A stretch of DNA of 64,000 nucleotides from a virus (Duplodnaviria > Caudoviricetes), in the IMG/VR virus record IMGVR_UViG_3300049596_000679, positions 1-64,000 of that record; one strand, given 5' to 3'. Made by a program: the position numbers and the translations under genes. Below the pieces are notes generated by a model. It made no database searches. It had not been told where the DNA came from and worked only from the letters and a program-made list of their open reading frames with translations. Positions 39,408 through 48,418 of this stretch are shown here, one piece after another. Numbering within the stretch: position 1 is the first letter of the stretch; every line of letters begins with the position of its first letter.

Positions 39408-41780
39408 ATGGACTTGTTCAACCCACCAAGATTATTTAATTACAATATAATGATAAAAGATTTAGACTTTTCAAAGTACGAAAATCCTACAATACAAGTT
39501 GTATGGGAAGACCTACAAGAAAATTTCACACAAGATAAGATTAAGAGTGTTAAACATTATTTCCAAAAGAAATATAACACTACCAATGTTAATGTATTAA
39601 CAAAGGTTAAAAACGTTGAGACAGATACAATGCAAAGTATTGATGTGTCTGTTAATGTAACTGATGTTAATTATCAACTTGATCTACTAAAGAAATTTTT
39701 AGAGTCTAAAGGGTACACTAACTATACTGAAGATATTTTAGGTATCAACAGAATGGTTGAGAACCGAATGAAAGAGGATGAGACTGAAACAACACAATTC
39801 AAAAAGTGGTATATCAGAAACATTGAGTTTTCAAACTTCTTATCATATGGTGAGAATCAAAGAATAGATTTTGATAAATGCAACGGGGTTGTCGTTGTTG
39901 AATCAGATCCACCTAACTTTGGTGGGAAGACCGTTCTTTCTGTGGATTTGTTGTTGTTCTTATTCTTTAATGAGACAACAAAGACTACAAAGGCTGAAGA
40001 AATCTTTAACCGATTTACCGATAAAGACTCGGTAGTTGTTAAAGGTGAAGTTACAATTGATGGGGAAGATTATATTATCCTTAGAAAGATTGAAAGAAAA
40101 CTTTCTAAAAAAGGAGAATGGAATGTGAAAACAGAATTGGACTTCTTTAAAAAAATGGCCGATGGTAGTTTACTGAATTTCACGGGGGAACAAAGAAGGG
40201 AAACTGAGTCGTTCATTAAAAATTCCATTGGAACCAAAGAAGATTTCTTAATGACCATACTTACAACCGCAACCAATCTTGAGGAGTTATTGGAGTCAAA
40301 ACCAACCGCAAGAGGACAGGTGTTGTCAAGATTTATGGGGCTTGAGTTTTTAAAACGGAAAGAGGAAGTTGGTAAAGAGATTTATTCTGAATTTAATAAA
40401 TCAAAGATGTCGAACATTTATAATTCGGAAGAATTAAAAGGTGATAACGAATCTTTAACAACAAAAATCGGTGAATTAAATGATCAAATTGATTTGATCA
40501 AATTGGAACTTAACGATATTGATGATAAAATCGTTAAGGGAAAAGAGTATCGTGATGATATGTTGAAGAAGAAACACGGAGACATTGATAAGGAAATCAG
40601 TTTGATGAACCCGGTTAAAACTCAAGAAGAAATCGATGGTTTTGAAAGAGAAAAGACAACGTTCAAACAAAAGTTAGACGAACTTAAAGTTGTTGAACCA
40701 AAAGAGTTTTATCATGAGGATGATCACGATAAAATTAAAGAGGAATACAATGGTGTGTTCAAATCTAAAATTGAACTTGAAACACAGATCAGAGAAATTG
40801 AGAAATTAAAGAGTTCTGTGAGTGATGGTATTAAATGTGAACATTGTGGAATTGAGTTAATGAACGCATCAATAACCCAACAAAAAATTGCCGAACTTGA
40901 TGGTTATATCATGCATAAAGACCAAAAAGAGGGGTTAATGCAGGTTTTATCAGGCAAAGAACAAGCTTTCGTTCAGTTAAAGAAAGACTTTGATGAGTAT
41001 GAGAAAAACAAACTTATTAAAGAGAAATATGAGTTGAGTATTGAAAGTTGTGATTTAAAGATTGGAGTTTTAAAAGGTAAGTTGGATCGTTGGGGTGATG
41101 TTCAGGATAAGATCAAAGAGAATACTCAGATCGATTCAATGTTGATTAAGGCTGACTTAAGGTTGGATGAACTTGATCATCTTAAAAGACAAAAAAACAC
41201 AAACATTACAAACAATGAATACCAAATCAAAACTTGTAATGAAAAGATTGATAACAATAAAAAGTTAATTGTTAAGATTAAAGAGGAAGAGGAGAGGGAA
41301 AGAATTTACAAAATCTATATGGAAGCCTTTGGTAAAAATGGATTGTCAAAAATCATTATGAAAACAATGATGCCTTTGATTAACTCTGAGTTACAAAGAT
41401 TGATGGAAGATAGTTGTTACTTCAAATTGGAAATTAGAATTAACGATAAGAATGAAGTTGAATTCTTGATGATTGATAATAGTACTGGTATTGAAAAATT
41501 AATGGTTTCAGGGTCAGGATATGAAAGAACAATCGCATCATTAGCATTACGATCGGTACTTAGTAAGGTATGTACTTTGCCAAAACCAAATATTGTAGTT
41601 TTTGATGAGGTATTTGGGAAAATCAGTAATGATAACCTTGAAATGATATCTGAGTTCTTCCAAAAAATTAAAGAATATTTTGATAAAGTGTTCCTTATAA
41701 GTCACAACCCTCTAATTTCAAATTGGTCGGATACTATTGTTAAAATCAAAAAAGAAAATAATATATCAAAAGTTTTGTAG
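39408..41780 (+). CDS. sbcC: Rad50/SbcC-like SMC ATPase (gp46-like) with an N-terminal extension
   Basis: FSNFLSYG, P-loop NFGGKT, Zn hook CEHC, signature SGSGYE, Walker B VVFDE, ISH. Confidence 0.9.
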   Translation: MDLFNPPRLFNYNIMIKDLDFSKYENPTIQVVWEDLQENFTQDKIKSVKHYFQKKYNTTNVNVLTKVKNVETDTMQSIDVSVNVTDVNYQLDLLKKFLESKGYTNYTEDILGINRMVENRMKEDETETTQFKKWYIRNIEFSNFLSYGENQRIDFDKCNGVVVVESDPPNFGGKTVLSVDLLLFLFFNETTKTTKAEEIFNRFTDKDSVVVKGEVTIDGEDYIILRKIERKLSKKGEWNVKTELDFFKKMADGSLLNFTGEQRRETESFIKNSIGTKEDFLMTILTTATNLEELLESKPTARGQVLSRFMGLEFLKRKEEVGKEIYSEFNKSKMSNIYNSEELKGDNESLTTKIGELNDQIDLIKLELNDIDDKIVKGKEYRDDMLKKKHGDIDKEISLMNPVKTQEEIDGFEREKTTFKQKLDELKVVEPKEFYHEDDHDKIKEEYNGVFKSKIELETQIREIEKLKSSVSDGIKCEHCGIELMNASITQQKIAELDGYIMHKDQKEGLMQVLSGKEQAFVQLKKDFDEYEKNKLIKEKYELSIESCDLKIGVLKGKLDRWGDVQDKIKENTQIDSMLIKADLRLDELDHLKRQKNTNITNNEYQIKTCNEKIDNNKKLIVKIKEEEERERIYKIYMEAFGKNGLSKIIMKTMMPLINSELQRLMEDSCYFKLEIRINDKNEVEFLMIDNSTGIEKLMVSGSGYERTIASLALRSVLSKVCTLPKPNIVVFDEVFGKISNDNLEMISEFFQKIKEYFDKVFLISHNPLISNWSDTIVKIKKENNISKVL

Positions 41781-41806
41781 TTAATTAGATTTTATTCGTA
41801 TATTTG
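41774..41806 (+). promoter_or_regulatory. Bacteroidota housekeeping-type promoter TTTG-N21-TATATTTG
   Basis: matches the -33 TTTG / -7 TAnnTTTG consensus. Confidence 0.75.
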
Positions 41807-41828
41807 TAAAACAATTAAAAACACACAT

Positions 41829-42353
41829 ATGAATTACTTACTTTTTGTATACCACAATGAAGATATAACAAACCCTGACGAAACAACTGCAAACATTGGG
41901 GCTGAGTTATCAAAAATTATGTCATCAAATCAAATTAAATATATGTTTGGTGATAAACACTCAATTTATCATTTCGCAAGTGATTTCTCTGTTGATGAGA
42001 TTGATGATTTTTTATGTTTAGTTTCTAATGAATTTGAAAACTTTAATTATTTCTTAACTCAAAAAACTAAAAATGTCAAATCTAATTTTGATCAAGACAA
42101 CTTATTACATTTACTTACGTTAAGGAATACCAATAGTAGAAAACAAACTCCACCTAAAAAGTTTGAATTTAAAATGGATCTTGGTAGTAATGAGGAGTTT
42201 GCTCGTATGGCAGAAACTATTATGGGTTTGGTACCTAAAAAAAGATGTGATTTAACACTGGATGAACTTTTAGATAAGATCAGCGATCAAGGTCTCAATT
42301 CACTGACTGAAGAAGAAAAAAATAAATTAGACGAATATTCAAAAAACTATTAA
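41829..42353 (+). CDS. hypothetical protein with a C-terminal DUF6576-like domain
   Basis: LDELLDKISDQGLNSLTEEEKNKLDEYS. Confidence 0.7.
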   Translation: MNYLLFVYHNEDITNPDETTANIGAELSKIMSSNQIKYMFGDKHSIYHFASDFSVDEIDDFLCLVSNEFENFNYFLTQKTKNVKSNFDQDNLLHLLTLRNTNSRKQTPPKKFEFKMDLGSNEEFARMAETIMGLVPKKRCDLTLDELLDKISDQGLNSLTEEEKNKLDEYSKNY

Positions 42354-42361
42354 TTAAATAT

Positions 42362-43162
42362 ATGAAAGACAAAAACCTAGGGATTCCGATTAACCAAGAA
42401 GAGATTCAACACTATCTAAAAGATATTCGTAGAATTAAAGTAATGACACCTGAGAGAGAAAAAGAACTGGCGGTTAAGATGAAGTCTGATGACACACCTA
42501 AACGTGAGAGAGAAAAAATTGAATCTGAGTTATTAGTTGGTAATTTACGTTTTGTAATTACGGTGGCTAAACAATATCAAAATCAAGGTTTGGATCTATC
42601 TGATTTGATTGCTGAAGGTAACTTGGGTTTGATGAAAGCGATTAAAAACTTTGATTGGCATAAAGATCTACGTTTTATATCATACGCAGTTTGGTGGGTT
42701 AAACAATCTATAATCCAATCGTTGAATGATAACGCAAGAACAATCAGACTTCCAGTTAATGTCGTTCAGGACCTACATAAGGCTAAAAAAGAAATTGCAA
42801 TTACAGGTAAAGAATTAGAATTAAAGTTTTCATCATTACCATCTATGATTGATTTGGATATGACAATAAATGATGAAGGCGATACATTGGTTGATATGAT
42901 TGCTAATCCTAACGCACTTGCTCCTGATGCAGGGTTCAACACTAAAGATATGTTAAAGAACAAATTAATATCTTTATTGAATGTATTAGATGACAGAGAG
43001 AAAGTGATCATTGAGGATTACTTCGGATTAAGTGGGACACCAAGAACACTTGAAGACATTGGTGGGGACTTTGGTTTAACTAAAGAACGAGTTAGACAGA
43101 TTAAGGAAAGAGCCCTTAGAAGGTTAAGAAATGAAAGTTCAGAATTATTTGATTACTTATAA
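42362..43162 (+). CDS. RNA polymerase sigma-70 family factor, Bacteroidota primary-sigma-like
   Basis: NLRFVITVAKQYQNQGLDLSDLIAEGNLGL, FISYAVWW, RTIRLP, TLEDIG..LTKERVRQI; no region 1.1. Confidence 0.93.
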   Translation: MKDKNLGIPINQEEIQHYLKDIRRIKVMTPEREKELAVKMKSDDTPKREREKIESELLVGNLRFVITVAKQYQNQGLDLSDLIAEGNLGLMKAIKNFDWHKDLRFISYAVWWVKQSIIQSLNDNARTIRLPVNVVQDLHKAKKEIAITGKELELKFSSLPSMIDLDMTINDEGDTLVDMIANPNALAPDAGFNTKDMLKNKLISLLNVLDDREKVIIEDYFGLSGTPRTLEDIGGDFGLTKERVRQIKERALRRLRNESSELFDYL

Positions 43163-43174
43163 AAAATAAAAAAC

Positions 43175-43621
43175 ATGGGAAGTGTAATTGATTATATTGA
43201 ATGTCCAAATTGTAAACAAGAAGCGTTTAGTGACTTCTATTACAAAACAGGTGAAGATTATATAAATTGTAGTAATTGTGGGTACCATTATGCTCAAACA
43301 TTAAAAAGAGATGAGGATGGGAAATTTGTAACCAAAGATGGTACTGATAATTATAACTTTGATAATCTTATCATGGAAGTTTCGGAACTTAAAAACCCGT
43401 TTGGTTCGTATCGTTTAAAAGTTTATCAATCACCAGCAACTCAAGTTGGGTCATTTGAAACTGAGGAACAATATAATGAGTTTAAGTTACAAATTGAAGG
43501 GGATATTGAAATTGAATTCTGTTCTGTGTCAAGATTTGTTGATGGTGAAATCAAAGTTGAAATGATAATTGATAATGGACCTAAGGTTGATTCTGCTGGA
43601 TTTACAATTGAGGATCGTTAA
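43175..43621 (+). CDS. Zn-ribbon-containing hypothetical protein
   Basis: CPNC...CSNCG. Confidence 0.75.
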   Translation: MGSVIDYIECPNCKQEAFSDFYYKTGEDYINCSNCGYHYAQTLKRDEDGKFVTKDGTDNYNFDNLIMEVSELKNPFGSYRLKVYQSPATQVGSFETEEQYNEFKLQIEGDIEIEFCSVSRFVDGEIKVEMIIDNGPKVDSAGFTIEDR

Positions 43622-43632
43622 TTTAAAAAAGA

Positions 43633-43664
43633 TTTGGCAGATTGAAATAAAATACTTATATTTG
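43633..43664 (+). promoter_or_regulatory. Bacteroidota housekeeping-type promoter TTTG-N20-TATATTTG
   Basis: perfect consensus, yet no normal CDS follows. Confidence 0.75.
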
Positions 43665-43667
43665 TAA

Positions 43668-43810
43668 GACAAACGAAAAGGGTTGAACCGAGATTACCCT
43701 TACAACTCGGCGGAATGAGACACGATGTTCTCTGGGTGAAAATCCTCAATCTTACTCGTGATGTAAGATGAAACTACACTCCCCCATTGGTACCAGTGGG
43801 GGTTTATTTT
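43668..43810 (+). ncRNA. candidate structured small RNA (H-type pseudoknot plus hairpins)
   Basis: AAGGGT/ACCCTT and CCGAG/CTCGG interleaved stems; GGGT-GAAA-ATCC; ATCTTAC/GTAAGAT; bounded by promoter and terminator; GC-richer than flanks. Confidence 0.55.
43781..43810. terminator. GC-rich terminator hairpin
   Basis: CCCCCATTGG-TA-CCAGTGGGGG followed by TTTATTTT; abuts the end of the convergent gene. Confidence 0.75.
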
Positions 43811-44223
43811 GCGGTAATAACTAGTTGACCTCTACCGACATAAAAATCAGACTTCCGCATAACGGTTTTAATAATAAGATTAAATTCGTAAGGATTAATT
43901 TCTTCTATTAGAATTGGAATATTAAGTAGGGTTGATTCATCTTTAATTACAAACTCAACACCATCATATAACTCACCAATGACAATATATTGTACTATAT
44001 CGTCCTTTACCTTAGATACTGATTTTAATATATCATAATCTCTAATAGCATCACCACCTTCTGAAAAATGTCTAGATTTTTGTGATTCTGCGTGGGACTT
44101 CATTCCAGGTACCTTTCCACGTTGGTACCTTAAATTCATGGTGACAGTAAGGTTTGCTTTGATCTCAGCAATCTTCTTTTCTAAGATTAAAATTTTACGT
44201 ATTGATTCTCTAAGTAATGACAT
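43804..44223 (-). CDS. hypothetical protein with an 'LRESIRKILILE' leader
   Basis: 139 aa; TATTTAT motif upstream on the minus strand. Confidence 0.75.
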   Translation of the reverse strand: MSLLRESIRKILILEKKIAEIKANLTVTMNLRYQRGKVPGMKSHAESQKSRHFSEGGDAIRDYDILKSVSKVKDDIVQYIVIGELYDGVEFVIKDESTLLNIPILIEEINPYEFNLIIKTVMRKSDFYVGRGQLVITAK

Positions 44224-44229
44224 AATTAT

Positions 44230-44259
44230 ATAAATACCTTATATTGATATTTATAAATA
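44230..44259. promoter_or_regulatory. divergent TATTTAT motifs, including the palindrome TATTTATAAATA
   Basis: ATAAATA at 44230; TATTTATAAATA at 44248-44259 between divergent genes. Confidence 0.55.
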
Positions 44260-44270
44260 CAAACATTACT

Positions 44271-45425
44271 ATGAAAGAAAAATTTTTACCTTGGTTTTTA
44301 TTATTTTGTGCTCTTGGTCTATCAGGAACTGCCGCTTATTATAGTGTGGTAGGGTTATCAGTGGTATTTGTTGGGGTTGCGTTACCTGTAATCATTATGG
44401 GATCTTTTCTTGAGATATCTAAGATTGCAATTGCAACATACTTACACGACAAGTGGAAAGAAACATACGGAGTCTTAAAGATATACCTTACAATTGCTCT
44501 TGTGACATTGTCTTTGATTACTTCACTTGGGATCTATGGTTTATTAAGTACTGGATTTCAAGGGAATATTGCAAAACTTGAGATTAATCAAAAAAAGATT
44601 GCAAATGTTGAAGTAAAGAAAACAAGATTTATTGAAATAAAAAACGAACAACAGAAAGAGAAAGATGTGTTAGATAAGGACATTTCAAAGTTACGTGATG
44701 GTTTATCTAATAATACAACAACACAATCTGTAGATAGAAAAACAGGTCAACTTATTACAAAGGCAAATAATGCTAACCGTAAATCATTTGAGGACCAATT
44801 AAAACTTACAACAGAAAATAGGGATAAAGTATCAACTCGGATTGATGCTATGAATGATAGTATCACCAAATTGGATATTGAGATACTAAATATGGAATCT
44901 GCAGAACTTGAAGGAAGTGAATTAGGTTCTATTAAATATATTAGTGAACTTTCAGGTTGGGATGTTAAAAAAGTGGCGAACCTTTTCATTTTACTTTTAA
45001 TTTTTGTATTTGATCCGTTAGCAATTACATTAGTTATTGCGACTAACCAAGCATTTAAAAAAAATAAAAAAGAAAGTAGTACCATACATGATACCATACA
45101 TGATACCATACATGATGAGGTTGAAGTTCCTGAAAATTTATTATATGATTTAACCCCCCAAGCCGAACCAATTGTGGTTGAAAAAATTGTTGAGGTTATT
45201 AAGGAAGTGGAGAAGATTGTTGAGGTACCTGTTGAGGTTATTAAGGAAGTAGAAAAAATTGTTGAAGTACCTGTAATAGTATATAGAGAACCATTAAATA
45301 TTATTGAGGTAAATACTTGGGAACCTGAGATAATTGAAACTAATGGTACGGGTGGTGAGTCAACAACTACCACAACAACTGATGATGGTATTAAAAGATT
45401 AGTTTATAAAAAGAACGATGAATGA
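44271..45425 (+). CDS. membrane protein with coiled coil and VEKIVEVPVE repeats
   Basis: ATG at 44271; three N-terminal TM helices, coiled coil, fourth TM (IFVFDPLA), repeats. Confidence 0.8.
   Translation: MKEKFLPWFLLFCALGLSGTAAYYSVVGLSVVFVGVALPVIIMGSFLEISKIAIATYLHDKWKETYGVLKIYLTIALVTLSLITSLGIYGLLSTGFQGNIAKLEINQKKIANVEVKKTRFIEIKNEQQKEKDVLDKDISKLRDGLSNNTTTQSVDRKTGQLITKANNANRKSFEDQLKLTTENRDKVSTRIDAMNDSITKLDIEILNMESAELEGSELGSIKYISELSGWDVKKVANLFILLLIFVFDPLAITLVIATNQAFKKNKKESSTIHDTIHDTIHDEVEVPENLLYDLTPQAEPIVVEKIVEVIKEVEKIVEVPVEVIKEVEKIVEVPVIVYREPLNIIEVNTWEPEIIETNGTGGESTTTTTTDDGIKRLVYKKNDE
45081..45275 (+). repeat. perfect 12-nt x3 repeat (TIHD) and VEKIVEV(P/I) repeats
   Basis: ACCATACATGAT x3 at 45081-45116; EVIKEVEKIVEVPV repeats. 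Confidence 0.85.
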
Positions 45426-46020
45426 TGAAAACGTTATAAAATTTGGAGACTTCAATTACGAAGGTGAGGAAAAAAATAAAAGTCAAATTATTTTATCACA
45501 CACTTCAAGGGTTGCAACAGATTATATAAATGCGTTAAAATATAGGTACGGTAAGAAATACAATAAAGTTCCTAATTATATAATCACTCGTGATGGTAAG
45601 ATAATAGAACTATTGGAACCAAAAAAATACTCCAAATATATAAATGATGAGAACATATCCAAGAAATCAATAACGGTTTCTTTGGAAAATTTAGGTTGGT
45701 TAGAAAAAGAACCATTAAAAAATAGATACATTAACTGGATTGGTAATATTTATAATGGAAAGGCTTTTGAACGTAAGTGGAGAGATTACTTTTTATGGCA
45801 ACCTTATACGGAAGTTCAAATTGATAGTACTATACTAATATGTAAAAAACTAATGGAAGATTTTAACATTAGTAAAAAATGTGTGGGACATAACACTAAA
45901 GTAAATGGTGTGAATCAATTTGATGGTATTGTTACCAGAAGCAATTACACCACAGATGTTACGGATCTAAGTCCGGCATTTGATTTTGATTATTTTAAAA
46001 AAAATATAGAAGATGAATAG
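45418..46020 (+). CDS. N-acetylmuramoyl-L-alanine amidase-like protein (Amidase_2 fold)
   Basis: IILSHT, NYIITRDGKI, SITVSLEN, YTEVQIDS, VGHN, TDLSP. Confidence 0.72.
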   Translation: MNDENVIKFGDFNYEGEEKNKSQIILSHTSRVATDYINALKYRYGKKYNKVPNYIITRDGKIIELLEPKKYSKYINDENISKKSITVSLENLGWLEKEPLKNRYINWIGNIYNGKAFERKWRDYFLWQPYTEVQIDSTILICKKLMEDFNISKKCVGHNTKVNGVNQFDGIVTRSNYTTDVTDLSPAFDFDYFKKNIEDE

Positions 46021-46612
46021 ACACGATGAAATAAAAAATTTAATAGAGGCATCTAAAAAATTATTAAATAAAAATTTAATTACTGAGGATATTAACCATA
46101 TCAGAAAAAATTACGGATTAATATTGGAACAAGGTGAGCAAGGACCAACCGAAGATCAACCTAAAAACTATGAGACCGCAGAAGATGGGATGGGAGATAA
46201 AGAAGAAAATACGGATGTTGTAAAAACTGACAAGTCAAAGGGTTATAGAATATCTGGTGGTATAATTGTTATTCATGGTAAAGATAAATCTGACTTACAA
46301 TTAACTACTGACGATAAGAAGGCGTTCCAAGAAACTATGGATGATTTTGTTACTGAGGTATCTGAAATTGTAGACTTTAATAAACTAAACCTATATTCAA
46401 ACAATGTTGAGTGGTCAGGTAAGATTACTGAATTGGATGTTGAGTTTTTCTATTCAATTGGAGAAACAAATGGTATATACATAAACGGCACAATGACTAA
46501 GATTGATGACGATTATTTAGAATTCTTAAATAAGTTGAAACAATACTATGAGAAATTCAAATCTAAATGGTCTAGAGTTATTGCATCAAGAAAGAAAACT
46601 CCTGAATCATGA
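46013..46612 (+). CDS. hypothetical protein (possible head-internal)
   Basis: 199 aa; I/L-x-E sites near the N-terminus. Confidence 0.7.
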   Translation: MNRHDEIKNLIEASKKLLNKNLITEDINHIRKNYGLILEQGEQGPTEDQPKNYETAEDGMGDKEENTDVVKTDKSKGYRISGGIIVIHGKDKSDLQLTTDDKKAFQETMDDFVTEVSEIVDFNKLNLYSNNVEWSGKITELDVEFFYSIGETNGIYINGTMTKIDDDYLEFLNKLKQYYEKFKSKWSRVIASRKKTPES

Positions 46613-46962
46613 GAAAGTTTTTAGATGATAATTTCAAGTATATTTTAATTGGTATTGGAACGGTGGTATTATACATATTACTAATGGATCTAATGACACC
46701 ATCAAACGGTATGACTAAAGAAGATCTAAAGAAAATAGAACAAATAGATAAAGACATTAATTTGTTGATTGAAAGTCAAAAAAAATTAGACGAATCAATT
46801 AATGAGTATAAAAAAGAAATTGAGAAAATTGATTCAACAATATCTAACATCAAAGTTAAAAAGGAAGTAGTAAATAATTACTACGAACAAAAAGGGAAAG
46901 AGATTAAAGATGCTAATGTTAAACAAGTTGATAGTTTATTAAGATCAAGATATAAATTTTAA
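46609..46962 (+). CDS. N-terminal TM plus coiled-coil protein (spanin-like)
   Basis: single TM followed by a heptad-rich region; near the amidase. Confidence 0.55.
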   Translation: MRKFLDDNFKYILIGIGTVVLYILLMDLMTPSNGMTKEDLKKIEQIDKDINLLIESQKKLDESINEYKKEIEKIDSTISNIKVKKEVVNNYYEQKGKEIKDANVKQVDSLLRSRYKF

Positions 46963-46964
46963 GT

Positions 46965-47375
46965 ATGAAAAATATAATATCAGTATTATTTCTTTTGGTG
47001 TCGTTGACATCATTTGGTCAAATCAAAAAAGTTGACACAACTGAAATATGTTTACCTTATAGTGTTGGTAAACAAATTATGTTGGATCTAAATAGATTAG
47101 ATTCCACAACTGCAATCCTTAAATTAACTGAAACTGAAGTTATTGAATTAAATAAAAAAATAGACGCTCAACAAGGAATTATTGGGAATTTAGAAGATAA
47201 AGTTAAGATAGTTGATACAATAGTTCAAAAAACTAATGAGAAATTTGATATCGTTGACAAAATAAATAAAGATTTAGTTACCGATAACAAAAAATTAAGA
47301 AGAAAGAATGTAATTATAGAAATAGTCTCAGGCATTTTAATTGGAGCATTAACCTATCAAGTAGTAACACAATAA
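46965..47375 (+). CDS. signal peptide + coiled coil + C-terminal TM protein (spanin-like)
   Basis: MKNIISVLFLLVSLTSFGQ; C-terminal IIEIVSGILIGAL. Confidence 0.55.
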   Translation: MKNIISVLFLLVSLTSFGQIKKVDTTEICLPYSVGKQIMLDLNRLDSTTAILKLTETEVIELNKKIDAQQGIIGNLEDKVKIVDTIVQKTNEKFDIVDKINKDLVTDNKKLRRKNVIIEIVSGILIGALTYQVVTQ

Positions 47376-47620
47376 TGGCATTATCACAAACAGATAAAAA
47401 AGAAATTGAAACTTTAATTCGAAAAGAAATGAAAGATTTTTTGGGATCTACTACTGCCAAACAATTTGAAGATAAATTAATTGAGAAAGTCTCTAAAGAC
47501 ATGAAAAGAGGTAAACTAGAAGGTGATATTAAAGATATCGTTGTGAAATCGTTCAGAGAATTTTTCACAATGATGTTCCACCAAAGAAGTTTCTGGGAAT
47601 CTAAATTTAGAAGTTCATAA
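47375..47620 (+). CDS. hypothetical protein
   Basis: 81 aa, TAATG coupled. Confidence 0.7.
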   Translation: MALSQTDKKEIETLIRKEMKDFLGSTTAKQFEDKLIEKVSKDMKRGKLEGDIKDIVVKSFREFFTMMFHQRSFWESKFRSS

Positions 47621-48396
47621 TGGAAGATATAACCGCAAAAATTAGAGATATTATATCTAGTGAAACTTCGGGTAATGCTGAGGCTAGAACAAATGCGTTA
47701 AAGGGGTTAAAAAATGTTAAAGAAAATGATGAGGGGGAAAAAAGAAATGCTCCACAAGATTATTTAAAAGACCCAAATGGGTTAAAGTTGGTTTTTGAAT
47801 TAGCAAAACAAAAAAAAACTAATAAGACGACAATAAGAAGAGAGATAAAGAAATTATTAAAAAATCCTGAAGAGATTAATTATTTTTTAAATTCAATACT
47901 TTCATTCGTTAAATCTAAAAAAGGTAACGATAAGGAAGAAACTAAAGAAATGACAGGGTCAGGTAGTGCGGGTGGTTATTCTGCTCCGTTATTTGGTCGT
48001 GAAATGAAAGAAAGTGTTTGTAAGATTTGTGGTATGAAAAACTGCAAATGTCAGGACAAAAAACATGGTAATACACCAAGAAGAGAAACAAAAGAAGCCA
48101 CAGGATCGGCATCATCAGGTCAATACTCAGGACCCTCGATATGGGCAAAGTCAACCAACAAAAAAGATTGGGGACCAAAACGTAAAACACAAATACCTGG
48201 AGGTAAGTTTGTTCAAGTTAAGAAAAAATGTAAAAAGTTTCCTTACTGTAATCAGGGGGATATTAACGCACTTAGAATCTTTGAAAACGAGACTCTTTCG
48301 AAAGTAATAAACGATTTATCAGATAGATACCAAATTCATGAAGATTTCATAAAAGAAATAATCTTCAACGAAATGTCAAAAAGGAATTTAATGTGA
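47620..48396 (+). CDS. hypothetical protein (possible head-internal)
   Basis: duplicated ETKEMTGSGSAGGY / ETKEATGSASSGQY; CKICGMKNCKC; KKCKKFPYCNQGD. Confidence 0.7.
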   Translation: MEDITAKIRDIISSETSGNAEARTNALKGLKNVKENDEGEKRNAPQDYLKDPNGLKLVFELAKQKKTNKTTIRREIKKLLKNPEEINYFLNSILSFVKSKKGNDKEETKEMTGSGSAGGYSAPLFGREMKESVCKICGMKNCKCQDKKHGNTPRRETKEATGSASSGQYSGPSIWAKSTNKKDWGPKRKTQIPGGKFVQVKKKCKKFPYCNQGDINALRIFENETLSKVINDLSDRYQIHEDFIKEIIFNEMSKRNLM

Positions 48397-48418
48397 TATT
48401 TATTAAATAAAAATAACT

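Noticed and set aside
43668-43780. tRNA, tmRNA, hammerhead or HDV-like ribozyme identity for the structured RNA
   Set aside because: No cloverleaf/TTCGA arm, no tag ending in ALAA, no CTGATGA core, and I could not build the HDV nested double pseudoknot
44747-45373. 208-aa minus-strand ORF
   Set aside because: Antisense shadow of a repetitive plus-strand gene
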